This document shows, piece after piece, positions 1 to 9,147 of a stretch of DNA of 64,000 bases. The position numbers and the translations under genes were made by a program. Under the pieces are notes generated by a model. That model did not search any database. It saw nothing but the letters and a program-made list of their open reading frames with translations, and was not told the DNA's origin. The stretch spans positions 224,001 to 288,000 of the forward strand of contig CAWDRG010000009.1 in the NCBI GenBank assembly GCA_963804645.1. Direction: 5' to 3'. Numbering within the stretch: the first letter of the stretch is position 1; the number at the start of each line of letters is the position of its first letter. Source of the stretch: an uncultured Bacillota bacterium (lineage in GTDB: Bacteria; Sysuimicrobiota; Sysuimicrobiia; Sysuimicrobiales; Segetimicrobiaceae).

Positions 1-621
1 CAGGCAGACGCTGCGCCATCGCCGGTCGCAGGTGTGTGTCCGAACACGTTTAATCTCGCCAATAGCGGACAGTGCAACGTTGAGCTCATTCTCGATGCGG
101 GCGGCACGCTGAACACGGTCGTCGTGGACTCGACGCACCCGTACGATGGGTCCGAAGACCAGTTGGTCGGCGTCATCAACGAAGATCCCAATGCCAACAT
201 CTCCAGCATCGGCCTGACCGGGTCGGGTATCTTCGGGCTCGATGGCGACGGTATCTGCACGTACCAGAGTGCTTCTACCCCATCGGGGATCCTGGGCTAC
301 TGCACCTCGAGCCAGGTGGCCGGGACGGATCCTCAAGACTACCAGGGGCCCGACAACACCTTCGCCGTCACTAACGCCAACAGCGGAACAGTGAACTTCA
401 ATTCCGCAATCACGGACGCCTCGGGCACCGGAATTGCCGGCACTCCCAACAACAGCACGTTCTTCTCCCTCGAGGAGGCGCCTTCGCAGACTGGATTCGG
501 GTCGACGTCGGTCGGCACGACCCCCATTAACGCGACCCCTGAGCCTGGCAGCTTGGCGCTCCTCGGCACGGTTGGGCTGGGAATGCTCCCGATGCTTCGG
601 AAGCGCACGTTGCGGAAGTAG
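1..621 (+). CDS. PEP-CTERM sorting-domain exported protein (5'-partial)
   Basis: Frame is open from base 1. The C-terminus TPEPGSLALLGTVGLGMLPMLRKRTLRK has the PEP motif, a TM helix and a basic tail. The body is Ser/Thr/Gly/Asn-rich. Confidence 0.9.
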   Translation, partial: QADAAPSPVAGVCPNTFNLANSGQCNVELILDAGGTLNTVVVDSTHPYDGSEDQLVGVINEDPNANISSIGLTGSGIFGLDGDGICTYQSASTPSGILGYCTSSQVAGTDPQDYQGPDNTFAVTNANSGTVNFNSAITDASGTGIAGTPNNSTFFSLEEAPSQTGFGSTSVGTTPINATPEPGSLALLGTVGLGMLPMLRKRTLRK

Positions 622-673
622 AGCGAAGAACTAACGTCGCAAGGCTGCGAGCGGTTACCCGCAAGGCAGGAAC

Positions 674-712
674 AGAGAAGGCGGCCCCCCCCGGCCGCCT
701 TCTCTCATTTTT
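674..712 (+). terminator. Rho-independent terminator after the PEP-CTERM gene
   Basis: 13-bp perfect stem agagaaggcggcc/ggccgccttctct (674-686/693-705) followed by catttttc. Confidence 0.75.
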
Positions 713-1112
713 CGCGGCGGGAACCGACCGGGTCCCTGCGCACGGCCTGGCGCACGCTTGAGGACTGCGGCTACGTTCTGCCTATCGCAACGCTTCTCCC
801 GAACGCCAGCGGTCGAGAACGACCCGCGGTGGCGTCCGCGCGGACGCCTCATCGGCCCTGTCGTTGGCGACTTCTTCCCCACCAAAGGTGGCACCAAACG
901 CGGCGACGGCGACTTTCCTCATGTCTGCCGGGAGTGTCTCTGTCCACGCAAGCAACCCAGCCTTGAACTCCCCGCCGCCGCTCGCTGTTGCCCCCATCGT
1001 CGCCCAGTAGAAGCCACAGCACAGTCGAGGAGGTGATGGTCGTGTCAACAGGATGCGCAAAGGAAGATGCTCCCTCGGCTGGACCGATTGAATTGCAAGG
1101 GCTACAGAAGGC

Positions 1113-1171
1113 GGTTAGAACATCTGCGTCCCAAGCAGAGGGTCGTGGGTTCGAATCCCATTTCCCGCTCC
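1113..1171 (+). pseudogene. 5'-truncated tRNA-Gly(CCC) remnant, probable att site
   Basis: Contains part of the D-arm, anticodon stem TCTGC/GCAGA with CCC at 1130-1132, T-arm GTGGGTTCGAATCCCAT and 3' acceptor strand TTCCCGC-TCC. The complementary 5' acceptor strand (GCGGGAA) is absent upstream. Confidence 0.8.
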
Positions 1172-1445
1172 GGCTACAACCTACGCACCACTAGGATCTC
1201 CCCGCGCACCGGTAATCGGTAAACGCTCTTGCGCCGGCATTTTGCTACCACCTGCTACCATCGGGATCGTCACCGGTACCCTGGAGATGCTCGGCCGAGC
1301 GGGCTGCTGCGCTAGGCTCGTTGTCCGGGATGACTTGGTCTCGTGCGGTCGTCGAGACAATGCGGTGCTAGGACGACGTGGATCGGGTTGGTGACGACAA
1401 GCGGCCTCGGCGGCGCGGCGGTCAGATGACCGGGCCGCGGGCGCG

Positions 1446-2444
1446 TTGGAGGATTGCCGGTGCCCGCGCGGAAGTTCTGCAGCCATGGGGCCGTGTGTCC
1501 TTCATACGGAGCGGGCAGCGGGCGAGAAGCGGCGACCTTCCTCGATGCCCCGCCATACGCGTCCGAGCGCTGAACGGCCGTTTGCGCGTCCCGCGGATGG
1601 ATGCCAGGCGGCTCACAGGGGCCAAGACAGGCAGGCATCTGTTGCGAATCAAGGCGTCGAGAACGTCCCGTGCGCCGGGTTCGCGCGGCCGAACAGTTTA
1701 GACGTTCCGCACTTACGCGGTCCGGACACCCCTGCACCCGTTCTTCAGCGCGGCGGTCATGACTTCAGCCGCGTTCGGGTGCAGGCGATCGGACCTGCCG
1801 CGCGGTCCGGATCTCTGCCGCTCGGAGCCGGGGGCGCCGCCAGTCCCTCCGCCGGCACGCCGACCTCCGCCAAAAGCGAAGGGACGGAAGCGGGCACGGC
1901 CCCCGCACTCTCATTTGACATTCCCGCCCTCTGCCCCGTGACGGCGAAATTCCTTCAGGTTCCCCACACACGGCTGCAGGCGCACGCCGCACACGGAATG
2001 TTTGGCGCGCCGGTCTCCATCGTCGCGCAGTTCTCGGTGCCGTTGCCGATTCTCTGCGATTGCCGATGCGGTGAGTACCGTCAATTCGTGAGGGGCATCT
2101 TCCGGGTGGACGGAAGGGACGCGTTAGAGACGTGCACCGGGCCGCTGGATCGCACTACTTTTCAGGAAGACTGCGCCCTGGGTGTCCCCATGTCGGGCGG
2201 CAAGAGCGTGATGGGCCACCGGGATACGCCGTTGCCGGGACTCAGCGTGTACAGCGACCCTGATCAAGAGACCGGCTGCCGGTTTGAGGGAAGTGATTTT
2301 CCCGGTGCTGTGGACGTCGAGAAACCGGTGTTCGTCGAAATGCACGTCGAGTTCAAGAGCCAGCTCGTGGACACGTGCAACGGCAACGCCGTCCTCGCGC
2401 AGTCCTTGTGGGGCGTCGATGGGGAGGATACCGTGCAGCCCTGA
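1446..2444 (+). CDS. Hypothetical protein with a DUF4157-like GHDFSRVRV motif and a Cys-containing C-terminal domain (start uncertain)
   Basis: Motif LQRGGHDFSRVRV, then a low-complexity linker, then a globular-looking domain (CDCRCGEYRQFVRG...FQED...LVDTCNG). The first ~90 codons look non-coding. Confidence 0.55.
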   Translation: MEDCRCPRGSSAAMGPCVLHTERAAGEKRRPSSMPRHTRPSAERPFARPADGCQAAHRGQDRQASVANQGVENVPCAGFARPNSLDVPHLRGPDTPAPVLQRGGHDFSRVRVQAIGPAARSGSLPLGAGGAASPSAGTPTSAKSEGTEAGTAPALSFDIPALCPVTAKFLQVPHTRLQAHAAHGMFGAPVSIVAQFSVPLPILCDCRCGEYRQFVRGIFRVDGRDALETCTGPLDRTTFQEDCALGVPMSGGKSVMGHRDTPLPGLSVYSDPDQETGCRFEGSDFPGAVDVEKPVFVEMHVEFKSQLVDTCNGNAVLAQSLWGVDGEDTVQP

Positions 2445-2535
2445 GGGGCGGCGGCATGGGTACCGGCAGCTCCGTCGACAGTCTCCTTCCCACGAGGCAG
2501 CCGCAACCCCGGTAGACAGTCAGAGGGAGGCGTCC

Positions 2536-2991
2536 GTGAGCACTCCGGAGGAAAAGTTACGGCAGTTGGCCGCTCAACTCGAAGCCGAGCGGGAAGCCAA
2601 GGCGCAGCGCGATCAAGAGCAGGCGTCCCAAACGCGCGACAGTCTCACACAGCGCGTGAACATTGCCAGGCAAGAGGCGCTGGCGTGGCGCGATCGCGCG
2701 GCAGCCTTGGTGGCCGCAACCGGGAAGCGCATTCCGTTCTCGATGAAGGTGTCCCGCGCGGACCCGGGCTTTGAAATCACGGTGGGCGCGGCAGCCATTC
2801 AGTTCGACCTCCGTCTTGATGGATGGCACGTCGTGAAGTCTGCCCCACCGGACCTGCATCCGACGGGCACCCTGCCCGCAGATGCGCCGCAGCTTCGAGA
2901 TGAGCTGTTGCATCGTATGGTTGAGCAGGGCCTGCGGGATCTGTATGCCGGAAAGATCACAGCCGACCCCGATCCCTACGGCCGCGAATAG
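2536..2991 (+). CDS. Hypothetical protein with N-terminal coiled coil (151 aa)
   Basis: GTG at 2536 preceded by GGGAGG. Helical N-terminus STPEEKLRQLAAQLEAERE. Confidence 0.7.
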   Translation: MSTPEEKLRQLAAQLEAEREAKAQRDQEQASQTRDSLTQRVNIARQEALAWRDRAAALVAATGKRIPFSMKVSRADPGFEITVGAAAIQFDLRLDGWHVVKSAPPDLHPTGTLPADAPQLRDELLHRMVEQGLRDLYAGKITADPDPYGRE

Positions 2992-3046
2992 GGAACCAGC
3001 CTCCCCGCTCCGCGCTCGCCGAACCGGCCCCACGCCATCGAACCGC

Positions 3047-4642
3047 CTATCGAAGCCCGAACGCCTCGACACGATCGCCGGCGCCGACGTACACGCGTCC
3101 GCCGACGACGGCGGGCGTGACAGACGGCTGCGCCCGTCCGACCGCATCCGCACCGCCCGACCGGTACAGCATCGCCCCCGTGCGCGCGTCAAGCGCGTAG
3201 AGCGTGGGGTCGTCTCCACTGTCCAACACCCACGCTACCCCGCCGTCAGGGGCCTCGCCCGAGACCGATGGGGCGCCGGGGTCGGGCATCGACGCGCTGC
3301 ACCACGCGACGTCCAACTTTGGGGAGTGCGCCACCGGCGTCGCAAGCCGGAGGGCGACCACGCCGCCGGTTCCCTGGCACGGAGCCGGCTGGCGCCCGAG
3401 GCCCGCGACGAGCACGACTCGCCCGACGCTGCCCCCATCCCAGTAGGCTGCGGCCGGCGGTGCCTGCGGCACGTCGCGATCGCATGCGCCGAAGACGCAG
3501 CGGCTCGATCCCTCTTCCCCGACGCTGCCGTTTCCACGGCTCACGCCGCCCATGTCGTCGCGGTTGACGACATGCGCCACACCGCGCCCGTCCTCGAAAA
3601 ACACAAGGCGCGGCGACGCCAGATCAGGCCGGTCGGGCACAACGAGTGGAGTCGATGAACCCGGACCGTCACCGGTCCCATTCAAGCCACCGGCGCCGCC
3701 GGGCGTGAAGAAGTCGCGGGGCGTGCCGGAAACCTGGAGTGTCGGCGACGTGGTGAGACGGATCAGCGCGTCACGCGGGCCCGCCGCGTCACCGCCGCGT
3801 ATGACGGCGTACAGATCCGAACGGGAATCGGCCGCGATCCCGCCGGCGGTCCAGATGCCCCGCGATGGACCCCCGGGCGCGGCGAACGCCTGCTGCGGTC
3901 CTTGCGGCGCCGTCACGCGCACCGCAACCACCCCGCCAGATGCAGCACCGCAGCCGTCCCGATTCCCGCCCAGGGGCACGTACACGACGCCGCTCATCAA
4001 CAGCAGAGCGCCTCGCTGCTGCCCGACGCGACCGTCGACCGTAAAGCCGGAGGACGGCGCGGGTGCGACCGGCACGGGCCAGCCCGGCCTCGCCATGCCG
4101 CTCTTGATGTCGACGGCGGCGATTAGGTATGCCGGCGCGCGCTCCCCGGGGGATGCCGTGAGCCCGACGACGTAGAGCGTACCCGCTCCGCGGTCCAACA
4201 CCGGCGTGCTCGCGATGCCGACCGGAGCGTCGTGGCCGCACGAGCGCGATGTGCGCGGCACGGGAGTTCCGAGGGAAACCGGCCCCCATAGGAGCCCGCC
4301 GTCTGCGGCATCGAAAGCGTAGATGAAGTCGCGCTCGGTCACCACGTACACGACGGTGCGGACGCGTCCCAGCACGGCCACCCCGGACACGACCAGCGGT
4401 TCCGCATCAATCTCGCCGTCGACCTGGGACGCCCACAGCAGTCCGAAGGGACCGGTGCGAAGCGCGGCCGGCGTCAGCGTGTGCTCGTCTCGCGTCCAGC
4501 CGGTTCGCCCCGGGTCGCCGTGAAACGTGAGAATCGCCGGACCCTCTGCGGGAATAGCCGTGGCCGGGAGACCGGGCCCCGCGGACAATATCGCGGCGAG
4601 GAGCAAGAGGGCTCCCGCCGACATGGGAAGACGGTGTATCAC
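3047..4642 (-). CDS. Secreted PQQ-binding-like beta-propeller protein
   Basis: Signal peptide, TFHGDPGRTG, repeated YAFDAADG/YALDARTG blade motifs, TPAVVGGRVYVG. Confidence 0.85.
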   Translation of the reverse strand: MIHRLPMSAGALLLLAAILSAGPGLPATAIPAEGPAILTFHGDPGRTGWTRDEHTLTPAALRTGPFGLLWASQVDGEIDAEPLVVSGVAVLGRVRTVVYVVTERDFIYAFDAADGGLLWGPVSLGTPVPRTSRSCGHDAPVGIASTPVLDRGAGTLYVVGLTASPGERAPAYLIAAVDIKSGMARPGWPVPVAPAPSSGFTVDGRVGQQRGALLLMSGVVYVPLGGNRDGCGAASGGVVAVRVTAPQGPQQAFAAPGGPSRGIWTAGGIAADSRSDLYAVIRGGDAAGPRDALIRLTTSPTLQVSGTPRDFFTPGGAGGLNGTGDGPGSSTPLVVPDRPDLASPRLVFFEDGRGVAHVVNRDDMGGVSRGNGSVGEEGSSRCVFGACDRDVPQAPPAAAYWDGGSVGRVVLVAGLGRQPAPCQGTGGVVALRLATPVAHSPKLDVAWCSASMPDPGAPSVSGEAPDGGVAWVLDSGDDPTLYALDARTGAMLYRSGGADAVGRAQPSVTPAVVGGRVYVGAGDRVEAFGLR

Positions 4643-5294
4643 GCTTGTGCGATTCGGGCGGACGAGTCCCGAACCTGCCGTCTACGCGTGACGTGTCAGC
4701 GCGGCACCCCGCCCCGGTCTGGCTGTGTCGGCGGATCCATCAGTGGAACAATTTCTGGTGCGGACGGGCCGGGTTCAGTCGGCGGATGCGTCGGCGGCGA
4801 AATCTCGGGCCCAACAGACGGATACGTGGGCGGCTCGTGCGGCGGCTCGATCTCCGACCGTCGCGGCCGGCGACCGACCTCCGGAGGAACGGGCCCCTTC
4901 GCTCGCAAGGCAGCGCGTATGGGATCTGGACTCCTCAAAACGGCACCTCCCGATCCTCGGGCGGGCGGTGCCCCGGCGGCCGGAGCATCTACGCGTGCGG
5001 CCGCAGGAGCCCACTGCCACGGCGCCGGGCCGAGGACTCCCACGGCCCCTATGGTTGGGAAGTTGATGGACGAGGCAGCAATCATACATCCGGCGACAGA
5101 CGGGCGCGGCACCGCGGTGCGTCTCGTCAAGAACCTTCGTGCATCGGCCTCTCCTGAGGACGACAAGGCAGACAAGCCCTCCGACGCCAACTGACAGGCC
5201 CAGATTCGGCTCCGCCCGGAGTTTGCGCAGGTAGTTGTGGAGCCGAGGAGGCCACCCGGCCGCCCCGGCTCTCGCTCACATGCGGCGAGTTCAG

Positions 5295-5387
5295 CTACCG
5301 ACGGCCGCCTTGACTGCCGCCGTGCCCCTGCCCGCCACCGTGGCTGCCCGATTGACCCTGCTTGTCGTCCTTCCGTTCCGGCTCCAT
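5295..5387 (-). CDS. 30-aa Gly/Gln-rich microprotein (not in ORF track)
   Basis: SD GGAGGTGA just upstream of ATG. Translates as MEPERKDDKQGQSGSHGGGQGHGGSQGGRR*. GC hairpin downstream at ~5240-5272. Confidence 0.55.
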   Translation of the reverse strand: MEPERKDDKQGQSGSHGGGQGHGGSQGGRR

Positions 5388-5543
5388 CGCTTCACCTCCA
5401 TGTCATTGCCGATCCCACTATGTGTTCCTCGCAGCGCGGGGATCAAACCGACCCGCGAACCCAGAATTTGTTACGAACCCGCACGTTTGGAAAAAGTATC
5501 TGTGAGGGTGAGCCGAGGGAACGTCAGCGAGGAGGAGAGGAGA

Positions 5544-5750
5544 ATGGCGAGGTACGGAAAGACGGCGCAGGCGAAAGTCGAACGCGCGCTGCACGAAGAA
5601 AAGCGTGGCGAACTCCGTAGCGGCCGAACCGGCCGAAAAGTCACGAGCCGCAAGCAGGCGATCGCCATCGGACTGTCTGAGGCCCGCAAGGCGGGGGGTA
5701 AGGTCCCGGCCGCCCCGAAGCCGCGCCGGCCCCGTGGAAAATCCCGCTAA
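5544..5750 (+). CDS. DUF6496-family small basic protein
   Basis: MARYGKTAQAKVERALHEEKRGELRSGRTGRKVTSRKQAIAIGLSEAR matches the family pattern. Purine-rich SD upstream. Confidence 0.85.
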   Translation: MARYGKTAQAKVERALHEEKRGELRSGRTGRKVTSRKQAIAIGLSEARKAGGKVPAAPKPRRPRGKSR

Positions 5751-6030
5751 TCTCGCAGCGGCGAATCCGCCAGACATCCAAACGAATCCAAGATGGCCCG
5801 ATAGCGGCCGTTCAGCAGGGACTCTCCGCCCCGCAGCGTAAGTGGGTGCCCGGGCGTTCCGGCAGCGGCACCGTAACGCGCGCCCAACGTCTCGACGGCA
5901 CTGCCGGCCCGAAGCCGAGCCATCGGCCCTCGTGCGCGACGGCTCATCGCTGCGTTGATGGAGCGTGCGTGATGTCCTCGCACACGGTCCTTGGGTTGAT
6001 GCGTCACAGATCGTGGCGCCCGTAGCCGCG

Positions 6031-7311
6031 ATGTTTGTGCGCGCGCGCAGGTCCCAACTGCCGAGCTGGGGGATCCCCCTGGCCTACGCGGTCGCCGCGG
6101 TCGTGGTCGGGCTGACCCTGCCGCGATTCGAGGCCACCCTGTTCCCGGGACTGTCGGCCAAGCTGAGCATCCAGTCGGCCATCGCGATCTATTCCACCGT
6201 CGGATCCGGGATGCTCGCATTCACGGGCATCGTGTTTTCATTGACGTTCGTCATGGTCCAGTTCAGCGCCACCGCGTATTCACCCCGCCTGGTCCTGTGG
6301 GTCGCCCGTGACCCCGTCATCTCGCACGCGATTGGCGTCTTCACCGCGACGTTTCTGTATTCGATCACCGCGCTCTCGTGGGTGGACCGGGCCGGATCGG
6401 GTACGGTGCTGTTCTACAGCGCGGGCGTGGCCGGGGCACTGCTCCTGGCGAGCATCGGCATGTTCGTCGCGCTCATTCAGCGGGTCGCCAGCCTGCAGGT
6501 CAATTACATGCTGGCGTTCACCGGCGACCAAGGACGCCGCGTCATTGAGAAAATGTACCTCCCGCTGGACGCGCCGATCGAGCGCGTCGACCCGGCGCAC
6601 GAGCACGGCGCCGCGGTCACGCAGACGGTGCGGTACGCAGGACGGCCGCAGGTGCTGCAGGCGATCCGCGTGCCGCGCCTGCTGGCGCTCGCCGAACGCT
6701 GCGGCGGCACGGCGGAGATCATGTCGTGCGTCGGAGACACGCTGGTCGAAGGCAGAACGGTCGTGCGCGTCTTCGGCGGGACGCAGCCGGTCCCGGAGCA
6801 AGACTGGAGCACGGCGTTCGAGGTTGGGGACGAGCGGACCTTCGAGCAAGATCCGAAATACGCCATTCGCCTGCTAGTGGACATCGCGATCAAAGCCCTG
6901 TCTCCGGCGATCAACGACCCGACGACGGCGGTGCAGACGCTGGATCAGATCGAAGACCTGCTGCGGCGGCTCGGCTGGAAGCGGCTGGAGATCGGCGCGT
7001 ACCGGGATGACGCACAGCGGCTCCGGCTGGTCATCCAGTTTCCGGCCTGGGCAGATTTCTTGACCCTGGGGCTTGAGGAGATCCGGTTCTGCGGGGCCAC
7101 GAGCATCCAGGTCATGCGGCGCATGGAAGCGATGATCGCCGACCTGATGGCCACCCTGCCCCCCGAGCGCCAGGCCGCGCTGCGGTATTGTCAGCAGCGG
7201 CTCGATGCGACAATCGCGCGGTCGTTTGCCGACGACGCGGACAGGCGGGAAGCCTCGATCGAAGACCGGCAGGGACTGGGGGCGCCGCGCGAGCGCCGGG
7301 ACAGCACGTAG
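6031..7311 (+). CDS. DUF2254-family membrane protein
   Basis: N-terminal TM helices, YSPRL motif, ERTFEQD and LVDIAIKALSPAINDPTTA signature. Confidence 0.9.
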   Translation: MFVRARRSQLPSWGIPLAYAVAAVVVGLTLPRFEATLFPGLSAKLSIQSAIAIYSTVGSGMLAFTGIVFSLTFVMVQFSATAYSPRLVLWVARDPVISHAIGVFTATFLYSITALSWVDRAGSGTVLFYSAGVAGALLLASIGMFVALIQRVASLQVNYMLAFTGDQGRRVIEKMYLPLDAPIERVDPAHEHGAAVTQTVRYAGRPQVLQAIRVPRLLALAERCGGTAEIMSCVGDTLVEGRTVVRVFGGTQPVPEQDWSTAFEVGDERTFEQDPKYAIRLLVDIAIKALSPAINDPTTAVQTLDQIEDLLRRLGWKRLEIGAYRDDAQRLRLVIQFPAWADFLTLGLEEIRFCGATSIQVMRRMEAMIADLMATLPPERQAALRYCQQRLDATIARSFADDADRREASIEDRQGLGAPRERRDST

Positions 7312-7335
7312 CCGGCGGCGCGACGCGACGGTCGA

Positions 7336-8949
7336 TCATCTCATCGCCTGGACATTCCATGGAATGATCGCATACGACGGCTGAAACCCGAGCAGCCCGC
7401 TCCGCGCGATCATCAGGTTGTTGAACCCCCCGGGTCGGATCATGGGCACTTCCTCGTACATCATCGTCTGGAGCCGGGCCCACATCCGCACGCGCGTCCC
7501 CGGATCCGACGCAGCGTTGAACTGCGCGAACAACGCGTTCTTCTCGGGCGTGTCCCACCATCCCGGATAGGCCGCGCTGAACAGCGTGAGCAGCGCGGGG
7601 TCCGGGACGAAGGTGCCCGAGGTGACGAAGATGTCCCACTCGGCCGGCCGGGTGCGGCGGTCGAGCAGCGTCGCCCACTCCATCACCTGCATGTCGACCT
7701 CGAACCCGGCCTGCTGCAGCTGCGAGACGGCGACGACGGTGCTCTTGAACATGTAGTCGTACTCCTGCGTCGTCAGCCACCGGATCGGCTGGCCGGAGTA
7801 GCCCGCGGCCTTGGCGAGCGACTTCGCCTGGACCGCATTGTGGACGTCGTACCAGGTCGCGCCTGCCGTCGTGTACCAGGGGGTCCCTTTCGGGTACATG
7901 CTCGCGTCGAGGAGATACAGTTTGGGATCGCCGAACGTCGCCTGCATGATCGGCTGCATGTCGAGCGCCACCTCGACGGCCTGGCGCATCGCCTGGCTGG
8001 TCATGATCCCCTGCTTCTTGTTCATGAAGAAGGCCAGATAGTAGCCCGGGAGCAGGCCGACGGCGACGCGCGGGTCCGCCCGGAGCGTCGCGTAGGCGTC
8101 CTGGTTGATCCCATCCGCGATGTCGTAGTCCCCGCTCTGGACCCCGGCGATCCGGGCGGCGACCTGCGACACGGGATAGTAGAAGACGTCATCCGCAAGC
8201 GCGACCTTCTGCCCGGCGTACCGGCTCGCCGGCTCGCTGCGCGCCGCGTACTGGTCGAACCGGGTCAGATGCACGTACCGGTCGGGCGCCCACTCCACGA
8301 ACCGATAGGGCCCCGTCCCGACGTACTCCTTCAGGGTCCCGGCCCCAATCCCGTCCACGATCTCCTTCGGCATCATCGCGCCGGAAGACGGCAGCGCAAG
8401 AAACGCGATGAGCGGCGCGAACGGGGTCTTCAGCTTGATGATGACTGTGCTGCTCCCGGCCGCCGTCACCGAGTCGATCGCTCGATACGGCACCGCCCCG
8501 TAGGGGCTCAGCCGGCCCCAGCGGTTCAGCGACGCGATCACATCGTCCGCGGTCAGGGTCTTGCCGTTGTGAAAGGAGACGCCGGTGCGCAGCGTGATCG
8601 TGTACGTTAGCGCGTCCTTACTGACGGTGTACCCCGTGGCCAGATCCGGCTGTATGCGCCATCCGGCGTCGAACGCGAACAACCCCTCGAAGATCGGCAG
8701 CGTGATGGTGCTGGTCAGAGTCGCGGTCGTGGCTTGGGTATCGAGGGTCAGCGGCTCGCCGATCTCGGCGATCTTCAGCGTCCCGCCGCGGCGGAGCGGC
8801 GTCGCCGCACGCGCCGCGGGATCCGCGCCCGATCGGGCCGCCGGCAGCCACCCGGACGCGGCGGCGCCCAGGCCGGCTGCCGCCGTCCGGAGGAACGACC
8901 GTCGCGTCGCCTGGCCCGGCGTCGCGCATCCGTGCTTCGCCACGCGCAT
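7336..8949 (-). CDS. ABC transporter substrate-binding protein, family 5, with Tat signal
   Basis: TRRSFLR twin-arginine signal, GGTLKI, FHNGKTLTADDV and GTGPY motifs. SD GGGAGG before ATG 8949. Confidence 0.92.
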   Translation of the reverse strand: MRVAKHGCATPGQATRRSFLRTAAAGLGAAASGWLPAARSGADPAARAATPLRRGGTLKIAEIGEPLTLDTQATTATLTSTITLPIFEGLFAFDAGWRIQPDLATGYTVSKDALTYTITLRTGVSFHNGKTLTADDVIASLNRWGRLSPYGAVPYRAIDSVTAAGSSTVIIKLKTPFAPLIAFLALPSSGAMMPKEIVDGIGAGTLKEYVGTGPYRFVEWAPDRYVHLTRFDQYAARSEPASRYAGQKVALADDVFYYPVSQVAARIAGVQSGDYDIADGINQDAYATLRADPRVAVGLLPGYYLAFFMNKKQGIMTSQAMRQAVEVALDMQPIMQATFGDPKLYLLDASMYPKGTPWYTTAGATWYDVHNAVQAKSLAKAAGYSGQPIRWLTTQEYDYMFKSTVVAVSQLQQAGFEVDMQVMEWATLLDRRTRPAEWDIFVTSGTFVPDPALLTLFSAAYPGWWDTPEKNALFAQFNAASDPGTRVRMWARLQTMMYEEVPMIRPGGFNNLMIARSGLLGFQPSYAIIPWNVQAMR

Positions 8950-9147
8950 CCCTCCCGCGACGACTTCGCACCGCACACATGCCCATTCCGCGTTCGCCCG
9001 CGGCACCCCTGTGCCGCCGGGGCGGCATCCCGCCCCCCGGACCCCATTCTCCGCGCCGGTCGGGGGGCGGACCGGACACGATGTCGAAGGACGTGCGAGC
9101 CGGCCCGGATGCGCGCGCTGAAGACACGGACGACGAGGAGGCACGAC

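Noticed and set aside
782..1060. Possible integrase C-terminal remnant (LPADMRKVAVAAF)
   Set aside because: No catalytic R-H-R-H-Y residues visible. The resemblance is too weak.
1113..1171. Functional tRNA-Gly
   Set aside because: No 5' acceptor strand or complete D-arm. Reported as a remnant instead.
4696..5190. Pro-rich minus-strand ORF with imperfect EIxPPTxP repeats
   Set aside because: The 3' part could be a real small protein, but I found no credible start or SD and no recognisable family.
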